Assembly: GCF_001949145.1 (NCBI RefSeq)
Contig: NW_019091362.1
Coordinates: 3,088,204-3,115,384, forward strand
Source: Acanthaster planci
Taxonomy: Eukaryota
Direction of reading: 5' to 3'
Length of the DNA: 27,181 nucleotides
Made by a program: the position numbers and the translations under genes. This document shows, in pieces, positions 22,011-27,181 of the stretch. How positions within the stretch are numbered: the stretch's first letter is position 1; each line of letters starts with the position of its first letter. The notes below the pieces were generated by a model, which had not been told where the DNA came from, ran no database searches, and saw nothing but the letters and a program-made list of their open reading frames with translations.

Positions 22011-22015
22011 ACAGA

Positions 22016-23450
22016 CACCAAGGGTTACACTTTTCGGATTCACAATACATGTAAATTCCAATGAAATGTCTCTACGATTGCCTCCTAACAAAGCAGCGTC
22101 AGTTGTGAGTGCATGCACTAAGCTTGCCAATCAAACTGATCCAGCCCTTCTTTTTATGTCACAGTTTATTGGGAAGCTGGTTTTTTGTTTTCCTTCAGTG
22201 CCCTTGGGGCCTATATTCTATAGAAACTTAGAAATTTCTAAAGACTTTGCCTTGAAAATACATAGTGAACATTATCATGCACGAATGCATTCAACGGCAA
22301 AGGCGAAATCAGACATACAGTGGTGGATAAGCAACCTCTACTCCAGCTATAGGCCAATTTTGCCTCGTGTTGAAGATATTGTGATTTTTATGATTGATAC
22401 ATCGTCTGAAGAACGAGGGGCTTTATGTCCTAAGGCTGGCGTGACAACTAATGGTAGATGGACTTCAAGTGAAAGTCCATGCCACATAAATTATCTTGAG
22501 ATGTCGACTGTTCTGTATGCAGTAATGTCATTTGCCATTCACGTTCAGAATAGAGCAGTTTCTCAATTTTGGAGTTTTGCCCTGCCTGACGTGTATTATA
22601 ACACTGCATACTCAGTGTATGCCCCCGAAGGCTTGTGGAAAAAAAAAACACAAGAGTACTGGGGTGGGACTCTAACCCACGACCTCCTGCTTACGAGTGC
22701 AGACGTCTTGACCACTCGACCACTGAGTTTAACGGTGTCGGCTGGCTGGTTCAAATCGGATGTAGCAGCGGGTACCGCGAACAACTATTTCCAAGGGATG
22801 ATTTGCGCCGGGGAGATGTAAATTAATCTTAGATTACACCGAGCATACACTGAGTATACGGTGTTTTAATACAAGTTGGGCAGGGAAAAAATCCGAAATC
22901 AATTTATATCTCCCCCGCGCAAATCATCCCTTTGAAATAGAACAGTTTCTGTTACATCAGATAATTCCACGGCAGTAGCATATATCAACCATATGGGAGG
23001 CTGCCATTCAGAACAACTGAGTGGTTTGGCGAGGCGGTTGTGGTTTGGGTGCACGGACAACAACGTCTGGTTAATTGAACGCCACATTCCCGGCGTTCAT
23101 AATTGTTCCTGTGCAGATTCATTGTCACGAACTTTCAGGGATCATCTTGAATGGAATATCTTAACACACTTTAACGTCAAGCCCTGTATTGATCTTTTGG
23201 CATCAAGGTTTAACTACCAGTTCAAGCAAATTGTGTCATGGTTCCTCGATCCTAAGGCAAAGACGTGTGATGCCTTTTTCAGTAGCGTGGTACAGTGACT
23301 TAATCCTTGACAGGGTCGTGCACAAGATAGAACTCGACGGATCACTAACAACGGGCCCAGATCTTGTTTTTGTTCGACATGGCTAGCATTACCATGAGGG
23401 TCGTGGATAAACAAGTGATAATTTACATGTTGGTCGTGGATAAACAAGTG
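22016..23450 (+). mobile_element. Second, partial copy of the DIRS element (end of RT, RNase H, MT-like domain, then a short YR fragment)
   Basis: Collinear with ~19744-20735, then jumps to sequence matching ~21378-21450; interrupted by an insertion at 22564-22935. Confidence 0.9.
22564..22935 (-). mobile_element. tRNA-related interspersed element (SINE-like) with inverted partial duplication
   Basis: 15-bp TSD aatagagcagtttct (22549-22563) and aatagaacagtttct (22936-22950); the uninterrupted site is visible in DIRS copy 1 at 20275-20289. tRNA-like tract 22657-22728 (-) has A box TGGTCGAGTGG, degenerate B box GGTTAGAGTCC and a downstream T10. Confidence 0.8.
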
Positions 23451-24479
23451 TTACCACTCCAATATTTTACTTGAAATATTACGGGGGACTAACTGTGTAT
23501 CTGGAATGGCAACCCCGGATCCTGGTATCGACACTGTGAGTCGGAAAATGAGTACCACACTTGTACATTTCTTGATATATTATAAAACTCTTGATTTCAA
23601 CTCGATCTTTACAAGCGAGAGTTTCTAATCCACAATAGGCCAACTTTATATTATGCTTATTTTTAAAACTCTCCGTATCACATATTCAACTCAATTCTCC
23701 ACTCTCGTTACTTCTTAACTTGAATTTAGTAGGCCTATTCCATACATATCACATCCAGTTCACATTACTTTTGTGTGGATATTTCGGGAGTGGCGAATAC
23801 AACTTTACCAGAAACGAATTGTCATAAAAATTACAAAGTAATAAAACACATTAAATCATAAAAATATCACCCAATCTATATCTGTTTGCGACTCTGACCG
23901 GGCAGGCTGCACGGAGGAAGTGACCTCCAGTAGAAATGGTTAAGGCCCGGTGATTACATGTAGATTTCAGCGTTGCATCCATTTTTAAAGTGGTGTCATG
24001 AATTCTGTAAACTTGCATATTTCTAATCAAATTGACCGAACGAAAATTCTGGGAATTTGAATTACAGTAAATGAAAATGAATACTCAATACCGACGGTTT
24101 ACGGTAAAAATAAACCAAGATGAATAGTGATTACACATTGGTTACCATTGGCAACGAATACGTCGAACAAAAATCCCAATCACTTATTTGTAACCTCTTA
24201 AATGAAACTTAATGCACATTCATTTATTTGAAGGATTCAAAACTAAGTCGAATGATCGTATTGCGAAAATGAAAGCAGGTTTTGAGTCGGTTTTAAAATT
24301 GAATTTTTATTTTACGAATTAAACAGCGCAATTTCCGAAATGGGCCGGGAAAACCTATATTTATAACCTGTCAAACCGTCAATGCGATGACCTTTTTGTA
24401 TGAATTTGTTATTTCGCTCTTTACAGGCCTGAATAAATGGTGGTAGATAAGAAAAAATACATAATTCTGATCGATCTGG

Positions 24480-25107
24480 GTGTGGTACCACACCTGGTGG
24501 CCATACTGAAATCACTTTATGCCTTACAGTCTTCCAGCCTTCGTACAACCATCTGGAGAGAATGACTCATCCTGCAGTGGAAAAGGAGTCCGACAAGGCT
24601 GCATTCTCTCTCTATCTTTTCAACATACTGAGACGATCATGAAATTGGCAATTCCAGGCGGCTCTGGCATTCCATTGGGAGGAAAACCACAACTAAATTT
24701 AAGTATGCTGACGATACAGTACTCTTGGCATTAACAGAAGAGGACCTACAATCACTAGTCAACAGTGTTGCATCAGTCTCCTCTGAATATGGGTCGACAA
24801 TAAATGACAGTAAGACCAAAGTTAAGGTCGTGAGCAAATCTGAAATTCAAACAGATATCTATATTGGACACAATAAGATTGAGCAAGCATCCAGTTTTAT
24901 ACACCTTGGTGCAGATCTAAATGACACAAATGACTGTAGCAAGGAGATAAGATGAAGGATAGCAATGGCCCGTACAAAACTACTAAACTAGGGAAGATCT
25001 GGAAAGACAGATCTGTCAGTTCAAACACCAAACTGTGCCTACTGGGGTGCCTCATTTGGTCAGTAGCCCTTCATGGCTGTGAAACTTGGACCCTTGAAAA
25101 AGCATGC
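24480..25107 (+). mobile_element. RTE-clade LINE reverse transcriptase fragment (C-terminal half, decayed)
   Basis: KGVRQGCILS, YADDTVLLA (YADD at 24704-24715), INDSKTKV, FIHLG, CSKEIR*RIAMA, KIWKDR and HGCETWTL. Confidence 0.9.
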
Positions 25108-25677
25108 AGATGAGTCAAGGTTGACTTAAATTTATTGATAGGTCTAATTAGGGTGTAGCTGCAATGGACTTTTCTTGGACAAAAATTTTCTGCAGTTTAC
25201 TCTCCTCTTCAATTACGTTCCTATTAGGTTAGATGCACTGTAAACAGCACCTTTTCAAACATTTAAAATTATCCCTACTTTTCTAGACAACTGAAGGACT
25301 GTTACGGTGATGTCATCCAGGGAAGACATGGCTCGGTGCAGATATAGGTAGTTCCTGAATGTACTAACTGGAAAAAAAAGAAGGAGAGCCTGCCTGCTTA
25401 TTGCTATGTAAATTTAGTTTTGTTTGGCACATCGACCGAATTCCTTGTCAGTGTTGCGTAATTTGGGTATTTGTTGCAAATTCTTTCCCTCCTCCCGGGC
25501 GTTCGAACAATAGCCCGTCTTGGCATTTAAGCACCGGGCCTGGCTCCCGCCAGTCACTTCAGGCTCTTGCACGTATGCCGAGTGTTGCAATTACCGTTAT
25601 CTGTTTCCCACCCGTCCTTTTTTTTTTCGATAATTTTTGCTCTTTGTTTTCGTAATTCTTTTCATTTTCCAGCAGGC

Positions 25678-25950
25678 ATGTCGGGCCTTAACTGCCTTGC
25701 CTGCGGTTCCCAAGGCCATTGGTCCAGACAGTGTCCCTTCACCGCAGTCAACAGCGGCTTCAATCAGCAGCAAAGGGCTAGATTTGGATTCAACCCCTAC
25801 ATCGGGCCCACCGCTCCCAGAGGTTTCCAAGCGCCCATGTCGTACCGACCTCTTGTGCCCTCCATTGCCGCTTCCACTTCGGAGTTGTCCGAAGAATCTG
25901 AGGACAAGCCTCTCAATTTACATCCGTCTGCCAACCCAGCTAACACATAA
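25678..25950 (+). CDS. 90-aa ORF with N-terminal CCHC zinc knuckle (gag-like, probably truncated retroelement ORF)
   Basis: MSGLNCLACGSQGHWSRQCP matches CX2CX4HX4C; GC-richer than its flanks; preceded by a strong polypyrimidine tract and cagcag acceptor. The stop comes from the adjacent repeat. Confidence 0.55.
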   Translation: MSGLNCLACGSQGHWSRQCPFTAVNSGFNQQQRARFGFNPYIGPTAPRGFQAPMSYRPLVPSIAASTSELSEESEDKPLNLHPSANPANT

Positions 25951-26620
25951 CGTTGCCACAACGTTATGAAACGTAAAGGTTGTCATTTGGTCATGTGCCA
26001 TGATGACATTACAACAACGTTACCAAAACCTTTGAGTGTTCAGTCAATAGTTGTATAAATGTTGTATTCTGGTTATTTTCACAACGTCCTTTGAAAGTTG
26101 CCATATAACATTGTGTTGACGTTGTGCGATGGTTGTTTCTCGAAGTTGAAAATAAGTCATAATTTAACGTTGTGTAGACGTTTTATGTAGGTTTCTGGAT
26201 AATGTTGCTATTTAGTTGTCGGTATTACGTTGCCATAAGGTTTTAAGTACGTTTTTTGAAAACGTTGTCGCGAGGTTGTCATTACAACGTCCTGATATCG
26301 TCTCATGTAGGTTATTCCATGACGTTGCTTTTAAGTTGCCAAAAGCACGTTGTCATAACAACATAACAAGTGTTGCTGTAATGTCTTAATCTTGACGTTG
26401 TGATGACGTTGAAATGTGGGTGGTTTCATAACGTTGTTGAAATGTTACATGTTTTTACGTTACTATGACGTAGTGCCTAGGTATTTTCAGAACGTTGTCG
26501 TTATGTTGGATTTTGGCGTTGTGATTACGTAAGGTATTTTCATAATGATGCTCTTAAGTGTTAAAGATAGGATGTCATTATCCCAGTAATTGAACAAAGT
26601 TGTCGTGAAGTAGCCATATT
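25934..26620. repeat. AACGTT/ACGTTG-rich degenerate repeat array, probably one end of a non-autonomous DNA transposon
   Basis: Starts acccagctaacacataacgtt and contains many (A/G)ACGTT motifs with short irregular spacing; no closing TIR found in window. Confidence 0.65.
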
Positions 26621-27181
26621 GGTAGATATGTATCGTTTTCTCATAAAGACATACATTTATGTAGGCCTACTTTTCTAAAATGCATATTACTTATTGAATC
26701 AGGTTGATTGTTTTCATTTCATTGCGAAGTTTATGATTGAGCAAGGTGACTGAGTGACGGTAATTATTGTTTGGATTTAAATGAAACGCTGTATGATTGG
26801 GATGTAATGAAAAGGAACGCCTTGATATAAGTCCCACCCAACAAAGTATTTTCTGTCCCTCGGTGTGTTGGTCTGTCTCAGTCAGGCCCATCGCGGCTAA
26901 TATTTAAGCATAAGTTGACCCGGCCATATGGAACTGATCACCAAAAGTGGAGCAACCCAGGGACAAGTGAATGCAATCCAGCGGGTGGCACTGTTGGTTG
27001 TGGTTTGGAGTGGACCTTTGTAATTTAAGCGCTACATATTGAAACATATTTTTTTCAAACATTATTTATACTAAACCAAGACTTTTGCGTAGTTTCAAAC
27101 TGCAACCATCGCTGACTCTGCTGACTCTACGGACTCAGTACAAAACTTGTTAATGACAAAGACTATGGAGACTAGGCAAAG

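Noticed and set aside
22657..22728. Functional tRNA gene
   Set aside because: The acceptor stem is poorly paired, the B box has GTTAG instead of GTTCG, the anticodon loop is irregular, and it sits inside a TSD-flanked insertion.
21913..22821. Longest ORF in the track (302 aa) as a novel gene
   Set aside because: It is a chimera of DIRS 3' spacer, duplicated RT-connection/RNase H sequence and read-through into the tRNA-like insertion.
25287..25348. Possible plus-strand exon (ttctag acceptor, gtagtt donor)
   Set aside because: No recognisable protein similarity, weak donor and no partner exons identified.

Overview
Eukaryotic (intron-rich, AT-rich) animal genomic DNA. An invertebrate deuterostome such as an echinoderm is plausible, but that is inference only. 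Three protein-coding genes were reconstructed by hand from GT-AG exons. (1) The last three coding exons of RAB3GAP1 (+, 240-1844). (2) A complete 10-exon DNAJB11/ERdj3 gene (-, 4710-12233, 354 aa), convergent with RAB3GAP1. (3) The last three coding exons of an SLC16/MCT-type MFS transporter (-, 15433-17155), whose first coding exon was not found in the window. The rest (about 17.2-27.2 kb, presumably SLC16 intron) is nested, decayed mobile DNA: an RTE-clade LINE split into endonuclease and RT halves, a degenerate DIRS-type tyrosine-recombinase retrotransposon (RT-RNaseH-MT-YR) with a partial second copy, a tRNA-related insertion, a CCHC zinc-knuckle ORF and an AACGTT-rich repeat. DNAJB11 introns carry several MITE-like inverted-repeat elements. 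Most notable are a triplicated 3' splice site of DNAJB11 exon 3, and a ~370-bp tRNA-like insertion made of a ~260-bp monomer plus an inverted tail-to-head junction fragment, which suggests a circular or multimeric intermediate. Most short ORFs in the supplied track are spurious.
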